From an uncultured Gemmatimonadales bacterium (GTDB taxonomy: Bacteria; Gemmatimonadota; Gemmatimonadetes; Gemmatimonadales; Gemmatimonadaceae): DNA of 64,000 bases. The DNA lies in NCBI GenBank assembly GCA_963793305.1, contig CAWBZV010000005.1, positions 1,184,001 to 1,248,000 of the forward strand. Direction: 5' to 3'. Both the position numbers and the translations under genes were made by a program. This document shows positions 21,305 to 29,674 of the stretch, in pieces. Every line of letters starts with the position of its first letter. Within the stretch, counting starts at the first letter, position 1. The notes beneath the pieces are model-generated. The model was not told the DNA's origin, did no database searches, and worked only from the letters and a program-made list of their open reading frames with translations.

Positions 21305-21323
21305 CGGTCCTTTCCTCGTCGAC

Positions 21324-21785
21324 TTACCGGCCCGAGTTAGGCGGTGGCACTTTCGGGAAATAGCGGACGCCAGCGATCTGCTCGAAATGCTCGTCCTGCG
21401 TCCACAGTGTCGCACCCTGGAGCCGGGATGTGGCGAGGATGATGCTATCTGCCATCGGCAAGCGCTCGGCGCGGCTGATTTGCGCTGCGGTCAACGCGAC
21501 ATGGGCGTCCAGGTCGATCACCAGACCTTGCATCATCTGAGCGACACCGCGCTGCGCGTACGCGCGGCCACGCTCCGCATCGAGGCGTTTGTAGACTTCG
21601 TACAAGGTGATCGACGGCACGACCAACCGAGCGACGGCCTCGATCGCCGCCGCGAAGCGATTCGCGTTCGGCGCGTCGGCGAAGTACTCGAGCCATCCGG
21701 ATGAGTCGACCACATTCCGGCCGGGAGCGCCGGCGGCTGCCGCGAGCGGCTTCCGTCGCGCGCGAGGCCGAACAGGCTTAGACAC
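21324..21785 (-). CDS. vapC: VapC family PIN toxin
   Basis: NVVDSSGWLEYF, PSITLYEVYK, LPMADSIILAT, LWTQDEHF; probable GTG start overlapping the antitoxin end. Confidence 0.9.
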   Translation of the reverse strand: MSKPVRPRARRKPLAAAAGAPGRNVVDSSGWLEYFADAPNANRFAAAIEAVARLVVPSITLYEVYKRLDAERGRAYAQRGVAQMMQGLVIDLDAHVALTAAQISRAERLPMADSIILATSRLQGATLWTQDEHFEQIAGVRYFPKVPPPNSGR

Positions 21786-21984
21786 GGTCGTCGTCGCGCT
21801 CGACCGTCGTGTCGATCCCGCGCGCGAACCCTCGCATGGCGCGCATCGGACGGATTGGGACGAACTGTACGGCATCCCCGACAATGAGCGCTTGGAGCTT
21901 ATCGCCCGGGCGCCAGGCCAGCGTCTCCCGGACGTGTCGGGGAATGACGACTTGGAACTTGGGGGAAAGCGTAACGGCGTCCAT
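21778..21984 (-). CDS. AbrB/MazE family antitoxin
   Basis: VTLSPKFQVVIPRHVRE....PGDKL; upstream of vapC; TTGACA at 22023-22028 on the minus strand. Confidence 0.9.
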   Translation of the reverse strand: MDAVTLSPKFQVVIPRHVRETLAWRPGDKLQALIVGDAVQFVPIRPMRAMRGFARGIDTTVERDDDRV

Positions 21985-22088
21985 GTGATTCTCGAGGGGA
22001 AGGTCAATGCTGTATTACGTTATGTCAATCTATCAGGAAATCGTCATACGATCAAACCGCTGACCTACGCGCCCAGGAGAAAGAATCG

Positions 22089-22784
22089 GTGTCGTTCCAG
22101 TTCTTCCCGACCGCCTTCCGACCGATCTCGTTGACAGCTGCCGGGCGTCGTGCGGTGCGCGAACGAGGGTACGCACCATTTATCGACGGCTCCTGCCGCC
22201 GAGAGCCGGATTTTGAGGCTCGGTTTCCCGCGATCACCGCGTTATGTCGACCAGGGTTTGCTCCTCGCGTCAACGAAGGCGACAGCGTTGCGTATTTTAC
22301 CGTCTCTGGACGATTTCCCACGCCGCGGCACCCGAAGGGACACTATCTGGTAGCAGTGTTGCGGGTTGAGTGTCGCTTGGAGTCGCACGCGGCGGCCGCC
22401 CAATGGTATCGCGAACGATCTCTGCGTTTGCCGAGCAACTGCCTGGTAGCCGGAAATCCGCCGATTCCTTACGATTGTACGAACCAACTGCTGTCGAAGG
22501 AGCTTAGGTCCAGACTACGTGAGAATCCCGATGTGGATGACGATAGGATCGTGCGATTGTGGGACAGGGGCTACGCGAAGCGGGCGGAGGACTGTGGCGT
22601 CATGCTCGTCTGCAGATCGGAGTATCTAGCGCTCACGTCGCCTCCGTTGTATTCGGTGGAGCGCATGGCAACCGTGTTCGGTAGACTCCCTGGGTTGCAA
22701 AACCCGCCCAAGATGAGGACCGGGGAGTACGAGGCTTTAATGGCCTCGGTGAAGGAGGCGCACGTTGCGCCGCTCGAGTCATGA
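22089..22784 (+). CDS. Hypothetical protein, possibly PUA/EVE/Nmad2-like nucleic-acid binding
   Basis: 231-aa ORF coupled by ATGA to the next gene; ITALCRP...VNEGDSVAYFT...YLVAVLRV loosely resembles PUA-like readers. Confidence 0.6.
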   Translation: MSFQFFPTAFRPISLTAAGRRAVRERGYAPFIDGSCRREPDFEARFPAITALCRPGFAPRVNEGDSVAYFTVSGRFPTPRHPKGHYLVAVLRVECRLESHAAAAQWYRERSLRLPSNCLVAGNPPIPYDCTNQLLSKELRSRLRENPDVDDDRIVRLWDRGYAKRAEDCGVMLVCRSEYLALTSPPLYSVERMATVFGRLPGLQNPPKMRTGEYEALMASVKEAHVAPLES

Positions 22785-23575
22785 CTTTGCCACCGACCAA
22801 CCATTGGTTCGCGCCGGGAGTGCCGGCTGAGCGAGTGCGAGCATGCTACGACAGGGCCGCCGGCAATGAAATGAGCAGTGGGAAGTTCGATAACCCGGAG
22901 TCGTCGGCTGCGTTGGTCGCAAACGCATTCGGGTTCTTTCTCGACAGGCCATGGGATCTGCCGCCGCTTCCATGCGGCCAAGTCCAGAACTGGTCCGCGC
23001 GGTCAGTTGATCTGGAAGTGGTGCTGGCATTCCCATGGCGCGGTGGACGTTGACCCTGGGTCGATGTGTTGATTGAAACCGCTTCCGAGGTAATCGGTGT
23101 GGAGTCGAAACGCTACGAGCCATATCGTACTCCGAAAGTGCCGCAACTATCGAACGCCTACTGGCGTTCGGTGTGGGGGGCGCGCATGGCCGGCTACGAG
23201 TCCATCCGCGATCAGCTGAGCGAGGTCCGGTCAGACGGTCCGCCGGTGTATAGGCACCTGGACGGTGCTCAACTGGTCAAGCATGCGCTTGGCCTTCGCA
23301 CGAGCGTGTACCGGGATGCCAAGTGGCGAGGCAAGCGACCGGTTCTTTGCTACGTCTACGCTGAGCCGCTGAAGTGGTCCGACGGCCGTCCGCTGGACAC
23401 ACGGAGTGTCGCGAACCATCGTCGGGAAATCGCGACTTTCGCGGCTGCCGTGGCTGGGAACGAGGTCGAGTTCTGCGCTTGTTCGTACGCTGAGATTCTG
23501 TCCGTGTGGAGTGCGGACACCCGTGATGATATCCGTGCCCACGCTGTGAACATCAGCGGCCGGTTCATGACGTAG
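22781..23575 (+). CDS. PD-(D/E)XK nuclease, PGN_0703-like putative restriction endonuclease; in-frame TGA at 23051-23053 is probably an error
   Basis: SSAALVANAF, LE...FPW.GG..PWVDV, IGVESKRYE, LDGAQLVKHALGL; both ORF halves are in the same frame. Confidence 0.7.
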
Positions 23576-23690
23576 ACGGTCCGATGCCCTAGTGATTCCT
23601 TGGTGATCGCCCGATGAGCGGATGCTCGTACAATCCCCTCGCACCATCGATCTCGATCTTTTGCACCACCATTTCACTAGGTATCGAGCA

Positions 23691-23894
23691 ATGGCACAGG
23701 GAACAGTCCAGTGGTTCAACGCCGAGAAGGGCTTCGGGTTCGTCGCGCCCGATGGTGGAGGGCAGGGAGTCTTCGTCCACTACACCGCCATCACCGCTGC
23801 CGGTTACAGAAGCCTCGAAGAGGGTCAGCGAGTCGAATTTGACATGATGCAGGGCAACAAGGGGCCGATGGCCGAGAAGGTATGGCTCCTCTAG
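23691..23894 (+). CDS. Cold-shock protein (CspA family)
   Basis: [14 protein letters not shown] (RNP1), VFVHY (RNP2), [10 protein letters not shown]. Confidence 0.95.
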   Translation: MAQGTVQWFNAEKGFGFVAPDGGGQGVFVHYTAITAAGYRSLEEGQRVEFDMMQGNKGPMAEKVWLL

Positions 23895-23922
23895 CGCGCG
23901 TTACACACATTACCTCGAGCCG

Positions 23923-24558
23923 TCAGTCGGAGTGACCCGCCGCTGACGGCCCGAGGTAGGCCCTTTCATGAGCGACCTTGGGTCGGTGGACGCGGGGCGG
24001 GGGCTTACGCAACTGGTGCCGAATGCGGAATCCGATCGCCACGGCTACACATACGATGCACGCCTCGACGAACACTTTCTCGCCATCGAGCGGATCGATC
24101 GGCTGATCCTTGAGAGCAGGGTCGGTCAATAGGCTGTGGACCGCGTACAGAGGGAACAGCGCATAGGTCAGGAGATGCAGCCGCTTCCACACGCGCCGAC
24201 TCAACGCCCGCTGCTCTTGCCAAAGGATCGACGTCGTAATTACGAACAGCAAGAGCCAGAACGCGACCGCGCCGAACATGTTCACGACCGGCTGTTTTGG
24301 CGCCTCGAGCGGCCAAAGCAAATCCACGACCCCGAACTTGGGCGAAGCGACGAAGAGTAAAATGACGGGGTGCACGAAGCTGACCGCGAGCGCGGTGTAT
24401 CCCGTCCAGTTGTGCAGGCGGACGGTGTTGATCCGGCGATGCGGCCACCGGCGCACCGGGTTGTATTTCACCGACAGCAACAATCCCAGCAGGATATTGA
24501 GCGTCAGCAGGCCAATGGCGCAAAGGCCTGCGTCGTTTGACAGATCGAGTGCGCTCAC
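23923..24558 (-). CDS. Ferric reductase-like transmembrane domain protein
   Basis: Heme-ligand-like His pairs LHNWTGY...HP and WKRLHLLTY...H; GTG start overlaps the permease stop. Confidence 0.75.
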   Translation of the reverse strand: MSALDLSNDAGLCAIGLLTLNILLGLLLSVKYNPVRRWPHRRINTVRLHNWTGYTALAVSFVHPVILLFVASPKFGVVDLLWPLEAPKQPVVNMFGAVAFWLLLFVITTSILWQEQRALSRRVWKRLHLLTYALFPLYAVHSLLTDPALKDQPIDPLDGEKVFVEACIVCVAVAIGFRIRHQLRKPPPRVHRPKVAHERAYLGPSAAGHSD

Positions 24559-26984
24559 TCCGCGCGCAACGCGTCGTTTGGTGCAGCACGCATCGCGCTC
24601 CGCGCCGGCACGTAGACGGCCGCGGCCGCAATCGCCGCCATGAGCACCGGGATCACGCTGAACGTCACGGCGTCCGTCGCACTCACGCCGAACAAGAGGC
24701 CGGACATGAGACGCGTCAGCGCGAACGCGCCAGCGAGTCCAGCGGCCACGCCGACGCCGACGGTGACGCCGAACTCGTGGGCGATGAGGCCGAAGATCAT
24801 CGCCCGATCGGCGCCCAGCGCCATGCGGATGCCGATCTCGCGGCGGCGCTGGCCCACCCAATAGGCGATCGTGCCGTACACGCCAACGGCCGCGAGGAAG
24901 AGCGCGGCGACCGCGAATGTCGTGAGGAGCAGCATCGAGAGGCGCCGCCGCGCGAACGAGTCGACCAATCGTTGCTCCATCGTGCTGACATCGTACGCCG
25001 GCAGCTCCGGATCCAGGGCGCGCACGTCGCCCAGCACGGCGTTCGTGAGACGCGACACGTCGCGGAGCGCGGTGTGCGTACGCACGACAACGAACCGGCT
25101 GCCGATCGTGTATTGCTCGACCGGGAAATAGGCCGTGATCGGCGGCGCAACCTCGGCCTGGTACTGGCGCGCGTCGCGCACGACGCCGACCACCGTGCGC
25201 CACGGCCCGTCGGCTCGTTGACGCAGCCGCTTGCCGATCGCGCCGTCCGGCCAGAATCGCGCCGCCAGTGCCTCGTCGACGATGACGACCGGCGGCGACT
25301 GTTGGTTGTCGTGCGCGCCGAAGAACCGCCCCTGCACGAGCGGCATGCCCATCGCGCGGAAATAATCGGGACTCACGTACCCGCTGCTCGTGATGACGAT
25401 GTCGCCCCCGGCGGCCTTGGGTACGTAGCCTTCGATCCTGACATCTTCCCACGCCAGCGACACGGAGCTCAACGGCAGTTGGTAGTTGCTGCCGACGAGC
25501 TCGACGCCAGGGAGCGCGGTCAGCTTTTCGTCCAGCGCTCGATAGAAATTCGTCACGGATTCCGGTGTCGTATATCGCGCGGCGGGTAGCGATAGGCGGA
25601 ACGACAACGTATTCCGCGGGTCGAAGCCCGGATCGGCGCGCAGCACGCGCGCATAGCTCCGGACCAGGAGCCCCGCGCCGATGAGCAAGATGACCGAGAA
25701 CGCGACTTCGACAGTGATCAGCGTACCGCGCGTGCGCGACCGGTCGATGGTCGACCCCCGTGTCCCTTCCTTGAGCACGCTACTCGCATCGACGTGGGAG
25801 GCGCGCAGCGCGGGAGCGAGCCCGAAGAGGAGCGTGCTGGCCACAGAGACCGCGAACGTGAACGCGAGCACCGTGACGTCGATGTGGATCGCGTCGAGGC
25901 GCGGGATGCCGGCGGGACCGGCATGGCGCAGCAACCAGAGGCTCCCGAGCGCCACCCCGAATCCGAGCACGCCGCCCGCCAGCGCCAGGGTCAGGTTCTC
26001 GGCGGCCAGCTGAGCGATGAGGCGCCGCCGGCTCGCGCCGATCGCTGCCCGGACAGCGAGCTCCTTCTCGCGTACCGTCGCGCGCGAGATGAGGAGGCCG
26101 GCGACGTTGCTGCAGGCGATCGCCAGCAGCACCGCGACGGCGCCCAAGAGAACGTAGAGCGCGAGGCGCGTATCGCCGACCACTTGGTCGATGAGCGGCA
26201 CGACGCTGATCGTGAGGCCGCTGTTCGCCGGATAGAACGCTGGATACTCTTGCTTCATCCGCGCGGCGATCGTCTCCATCTCGGCCTGCGCCGACGCCTT
26301 GGAGACGCCGGGTTTGAGTGACGCGAAGATATTGTAGTCTTCGCCGTCGCGGTTGGTCCGCGCGCTCGCCGGCACCGGGAGCGGGAGGATGAGCTCGATG
26401 CGCTGCACGCTGTTGACCGCTGGCATCACGTCCTTATCGAACACGAAATCCGGCGATAGGACGCCCACGATCGCGACGCTGTTGCCGCTCAGCGTCAACG
26501 TCTTGTCAATGACACTGGGGTCGCCGCCGAAGCGCCGCTGCCAGAATCCGTACGTCAGCACGACGCCGAGCGGCCGGCCCGGCTCGTCGTCTTCGGCCGT
26601 GAACAGGTGACCGAGCACCGCGTGCGCGCCGAGCATGGAGAGGAGCGCGGACGACATGCGGACGCCGTCGATGCGCTCCGGTGCGCCGTTGCCGGTCATG
26701 TTGAAGCTCGCGCCGATCGCGGCCGCGACGCGGTCGAACGCCGTATTCTCAGCCTTGATATCGAGATATTGCCCGAGCGAGAGCCAGTCGCGCGGGACGC
26801 CGAGGCCAGGCGACCGCTGCCACAGCATCGCCAGACGCTCGGCGTGCGGATATGGCAGCGGACGGAGCAGGAGCGCGTTCGCGACGCCGAAGATCGCGCT
26901 GGTGGCCCCGATGCCGATCGTGAGCGACAGAAGCGCCGCGATCGTGAAGCCCGGGGCTTTGACGAGAGTGCGGAGGCTGTTCAC
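24555..26984 (-). CDS. Duplicated MacB-type ABC permease (ADOP family)
   Basis: KAPGFT...LTIGIGATSAIF, LRPLPY, IACSNVAGLL...REKELAVRAAIGA, QRRREIGIRMALGA; two MacB_PCD/FtsX modules. Confidence 0.92.
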   Translation of the reverse strand: MNSLRTLVKAPGFTIAALLSLTIGIGATSAIFGVANALLLRPLPYPHAERLAMLWQRSPGLGVPRDWLSLGQYLDIKAENTAFDRVAAAIGASFNMTGNGAPERIDGVRMSSALLSMLGAHAVLGHLFTAEDDEPGRPLGVVLTYGFWQRRFGGDPSVIDKTLTLSGNSVAIVGVLSPDFVFDKDVMPAVNSVQRIELILPLPVPASARTNRDGEDYNIFASLKPGVSKASAQAEMETIAARMKQEYPAFYPANSGLTISVVPLIDQVVGDTRLALYVLLGAVAVLLAIACSNVAGLLISRATVREKELAVRAAIGASRRRLIAQLAAENLTLALAGGVLGFGVALGSLWLLRHAGPAGIPRLDAIHIDVTVLAFTFAVSVASTLLFGLAPALRASHVDASSVLKEGTRGSTIDRSRTRGTLITVEVAFSVILLIGAGLLVRSYARVLRADPGFDPRNTLSFRLSLPAARYTTPESVTNFYRALDEKLTALPGVELVGSNYQLPLSSVSLAWEDVRIEGYVPKAAGGDIVITSSGYVSPDYFRAMGMPLVQGRFFGAHDNQQSPPVVIVDEALAARFWPDGAIGKRLRQRADGPWRTVVGVVRDARQYQAEVAPPITAYFPVEQYTIGSRFVVVRTHTALRDVSRLTNAVLGDVRALDPELPAYDVSTMEQRLVDSFARRRLSMLLLTTFAVAALFLAAVGVYGTIAYWVGQRRREIGIRMALGADRAMIFGLIAHEFGVTVGVGVAAGLAGAFALTRLMSGLLFGVSATDAVTFSVIPVLMAAIAAAAVYVPARSAMRAAPNDALRAE

Positions 26985-27082
26985 GCGTAGAACATAATCA
27001 GCAGACGGCTGGCAGACACGAGAGTGACGCCGCGCGTTTATGGTGCCCCGCATTCATACCATTCACGAAGCGGAGCACAAAC

Positions 27083-27640
27083 ATGACATTGACCACCATG
27101 TGGACCCACGGCAATTCACTCGTCGTCGAAGACCCGGGCGAGTACGAGTACATCAGGCACCGAGGGTACGGCACACTGCTCAAGTACAACGCAGGGACGA
27201 GTTCGCTCGATGACCTTCGGGTCTGTCACATCCCGATTCCGACCCCGCAGACCGTCGATGGCGCCTCACCGGTCGTCGCCAAGATCACGGTACTGTTCCA
27301 AACCGATGCCAACGCGCCTTTCGTCGCACCCAGCCAAGGTATTGCGGGCGTCGTGCGGGTCCAGAAAATCGATGTGTGGGATGGCCCGACGCTAGTGACC
27401 ACGTTTCAGCCGAACGACTGGCTTGGGTCACATTTGTCGCCGGACGGAGTCAATCAGCTGGCAGTGCCGCCGACTCCGGTTCATACCGGTATCGGCGTGT
27501 CGCTCTTTTGCAGCGTCGCTGGCGATGAAGACCCGTCTGAATGGTTCTTGATCGTTGGCGGCGTCGCCGCGGATTTCGTCTATCCCAATCCGCCGCTAGT
27601 GGGTCGCCAGTTCGAGACGGAGCGCGTCAAGGGCCACTAG
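27083..27640 (+). CDS. Hypothetical protein (DUF6623-like)
   Basis: MWTHGNSLVVE...GYG...HIPIPTP...VWDG pattern, recognised from memory. Confidence 0.55.
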   Translation: MTLTTMWTHGNSLVVEDPGEYEYIRHRGYGTLLKYNAGTSSLDDLRVCHIPIPTPQTVDGASPVVAKITVLFQTDANAPFVAPSQGIAGVVRVQKIDVWDGPTLVTTFQPNDWLGSHLSPDGVNQLAVPPTPVHTGIGVSLFCSVAGDEDPSEWFLIVGGVAADFVYPNPPLVGRQFETERVKGH

Positions 27641-27933
27641 TCCTCTGGCTGATAGTACGACGCGATGCCCCATTGTACGAATCGCTCGCCCAGCGTGACG
27701 CGATGCCGGAAGCCGAGGTGCTCGAGCGCCAGATTATCGGTCAGGCGCTTGAGCACCACCAGCAGCCGCTCCGGCGGCACATTGGTCGCTCGCGCTTGAG
27801 CCGCTAACGCAGCGGCCGCTTGCTGGAGGTGGGGCGCTTCGCGGTCGCCCTCTCGTAGGGCGAGAAAGTCGGCGTGCAAGGCGCTCACCCTTCCGCGCAG
27901 CGCGCCGCGTGCCACATTCCGCCGTTTATCCAT
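27637..27933 (-). CDS. Small hypothetical helical protein
   Basis: MDKRR...ARATNVPPERLLVVLK...WGIASYY; plausible RBS. Confidence 0.6.
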   Translation of the reverse strand: MDKRRNVARGALRGRVSALHADFLALREGDREAPHLQQAAAALAAQARATNVPPERLLVVLKRLTDNLALEHLGFRHRVTLGERFVQWGIASYYQPED

Positions 27934-28062
27934 GACGACACCCACGAGGTTCGGGCTGCACTGAGGCCGCGGCGCGACCCAACCGCGATACAAATAGAAG
28001 CACGTTCCGAGCCGTACTTTTGTTTGCTGGGCACGCTCTCTGCGAAAGATCGCGTAAATGTC

Positions 28063-28747
28063 GTGCGCAAATTGAGCGCTCGAGACGACCGCAAAAGGCC
28101 TGGCGCCCTGCGGTGGCTCGCGCGCCTGGGGCCGGGGCTGATTACCGGAGCGGCGGACGACGATCCGTCCGGCATCGCGACCTACTCGCAAGCCGGAGCC
28201 GCGTACGGGTTCGGACTGCTCTGGACGGCGCTCTTTTCGCTCCCCCTCATGATCGCCGTGCAGCTCATGTGCGCGCGCATCGGCCTCGTCGGCCTCGTCG
28301 GGCGACGCGGGCTCGGCAGCGTGCTGCGCGAGTTCCACCCGCCGTGGGTCCTCGGCGCTCCTCGTGCTCGCGTCGTACGCGCGGCTGATCCGGATATTCA
28401 AGTGGATGACCCTGACGCTCCTCGCGTACGTCGTGACGGCTTTCGTCGTGCACCCCGACTGGGGGCGCCTGCTGCGCGAGACGATCGTGCCGCACATCGT
28501 CATCCTGACGACTGGTGCGACGCTCCACGCGAGCGGCCATACGCACATCGAGACCGCGGCGGAGGCTGCCGCGGCGCTCCAGCCGTTGGCTGGAGGAGCC
28601 GCGGGGTTGCTATTCGCCCTCGGCGTCATTGGGACGGGCCTGATTGGCGTTCCCGTACTCGCGGGTTCGGCGGCGTACGCCGTCGTCGCCGCCCTCGTCA
28701 TGACGACGGCGGCCGTGGCTTTGGTGTGGATCGCGATTGCGCCGTGA
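28063..28747 (+). pseudogene. Nramp-family divalent metal transporter remnant with multiple internal deletions
   Basis: LGPGLITGAADDDPSGIATYSQAGA, a frame switch, FKWMTLTLLAYV, AAEAAAALQPLAG...VPVLAGSAAYAV; only about 230 codons. Confidence 0.85.
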
Positions 28748-29291
28748 GAGACTCCGTACGCCGACTGCGCGCAGGCGGTCGAGGGACTTCCGCCTCCTCA
28801 CCCGTGTCCGCTTTCATATTGATGGATCGCACGGCAAGTTGTGAGAGCAACTGGTCGGCCTTCCGTTCCTCGTCGAGCGTCTGTTGCAGCAACTGCGCGT
28901 GCTCGGGATATCCGAGTTGCTCGGCCCAGGTGCGAACACTGCCGTACCCCGCCATCTCGTAGTGCTCGACGTGCTGCGCGGCCGAGATCAGCCCGGCATC
29001 GAGCACCGGCGGCTCGGGCGCTTCCTTGATGAGCTCAGCGCCCTCTTCGATCACTCCTTCCATCCCGTGGCATTTCTTGCCCAGCGGACTCGAGCCGAGA
29101 TCGGCGAAGATCTGCTCGAGGCGTTGCACATGACCCTCGGTCTGCTCACGATGCGTCTCGAATGCATGCTTGAGACGTTCGTCGGTCGCGGCTTTGATCA
29201 TTTTGGGAAGGGCTTTCAAGATCTGCTGCTCAGCGCTGTGCAGATCCTTGAGCTCCTCCACGTACAGTTTGGCGAGTGTGGTGGGTGGCAT
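28698..29291 (-). CDS. Ferritin-like DUF892 (YciE/YciF family) protein
   Basis: EELKDLHSAEQQI.KALPKM, HREQTEGHVQRLE, KKCHGMEG, AAQHVEHYE.AGYG, TLDEE..AD. Confidence 0.92.
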   Translation of the reverse strand: MPPTTLAKLYVEELKDLHSAEQQILKALPKMIKAATDERLKHAFETHREQTEGHVQRLEQIFADLGSSPLGKKCHGMEGVIEEGAELIKEAPEPPVLDAGLISAAQHVEHYEMAGYGSVRTWAEQLGYPEHAQLLQQTLDEERKADQLLSQLAVRSINMKADTGEEAEVPRPPARSRRTESLTAQSRSTPKPRPPSS

Positions 29292-29407
29292 TGGTGTCCT
29301 CCGAGTGTGATGATCTCTTAGAGACAGAGATGCCAATGCAAGCCATGATCCGCCTGGCGCGACCTCGGCAGTGTGGGATGGGCACGCGACGTGCCTAGTG
29401 TGTGTGC

Positions 29408-29596
29408 ATGAAACCACTCTTCCCGCTCATCGTTCTCCTGTGCGTGGCGTGCACCCCAGGTGAGGGCCGCAACGCGGAGAAAACCAGTACGGACACCGTT
29501 GTCACTCCCACACACGCAACGGATACGACCGTCGTTCAGAAGAAAGTCGACGTGAAGGTCGATACGCTGAAGAAGACGAAAAACGCGCCGCACTGA
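29408..29596 (+). CDS. Small lipoprotein
   Basis: MKPLFPLIVLLCVAC lipobox; DT-rich tail. Confidence 0.65.
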   Translation: MKPLFPLIVLLCVACTPGEGRNAEKTSTDTVVTPTHATDTTVVQKKVDVKVDTLKKTKNAPH

Positions 29597-29674
29597 TCGC
29601 GCGACCTATATTGAGGGGAGGAGTACGGATCGCCGCGGGTTAAGGCCCGCAATCAAGGGACAACGTAGAGGGAC

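Noticed and set aside
23051..23053. In-frame TGA in the nuclease as a second selenocysteine codon
   Set aside because: No SECIS-like hairpin at the expected distance, and the codon sits in GACGTT, the same GACGTC-to-GACGTT change seen elsewhere; a miscalled CGA is simpler.
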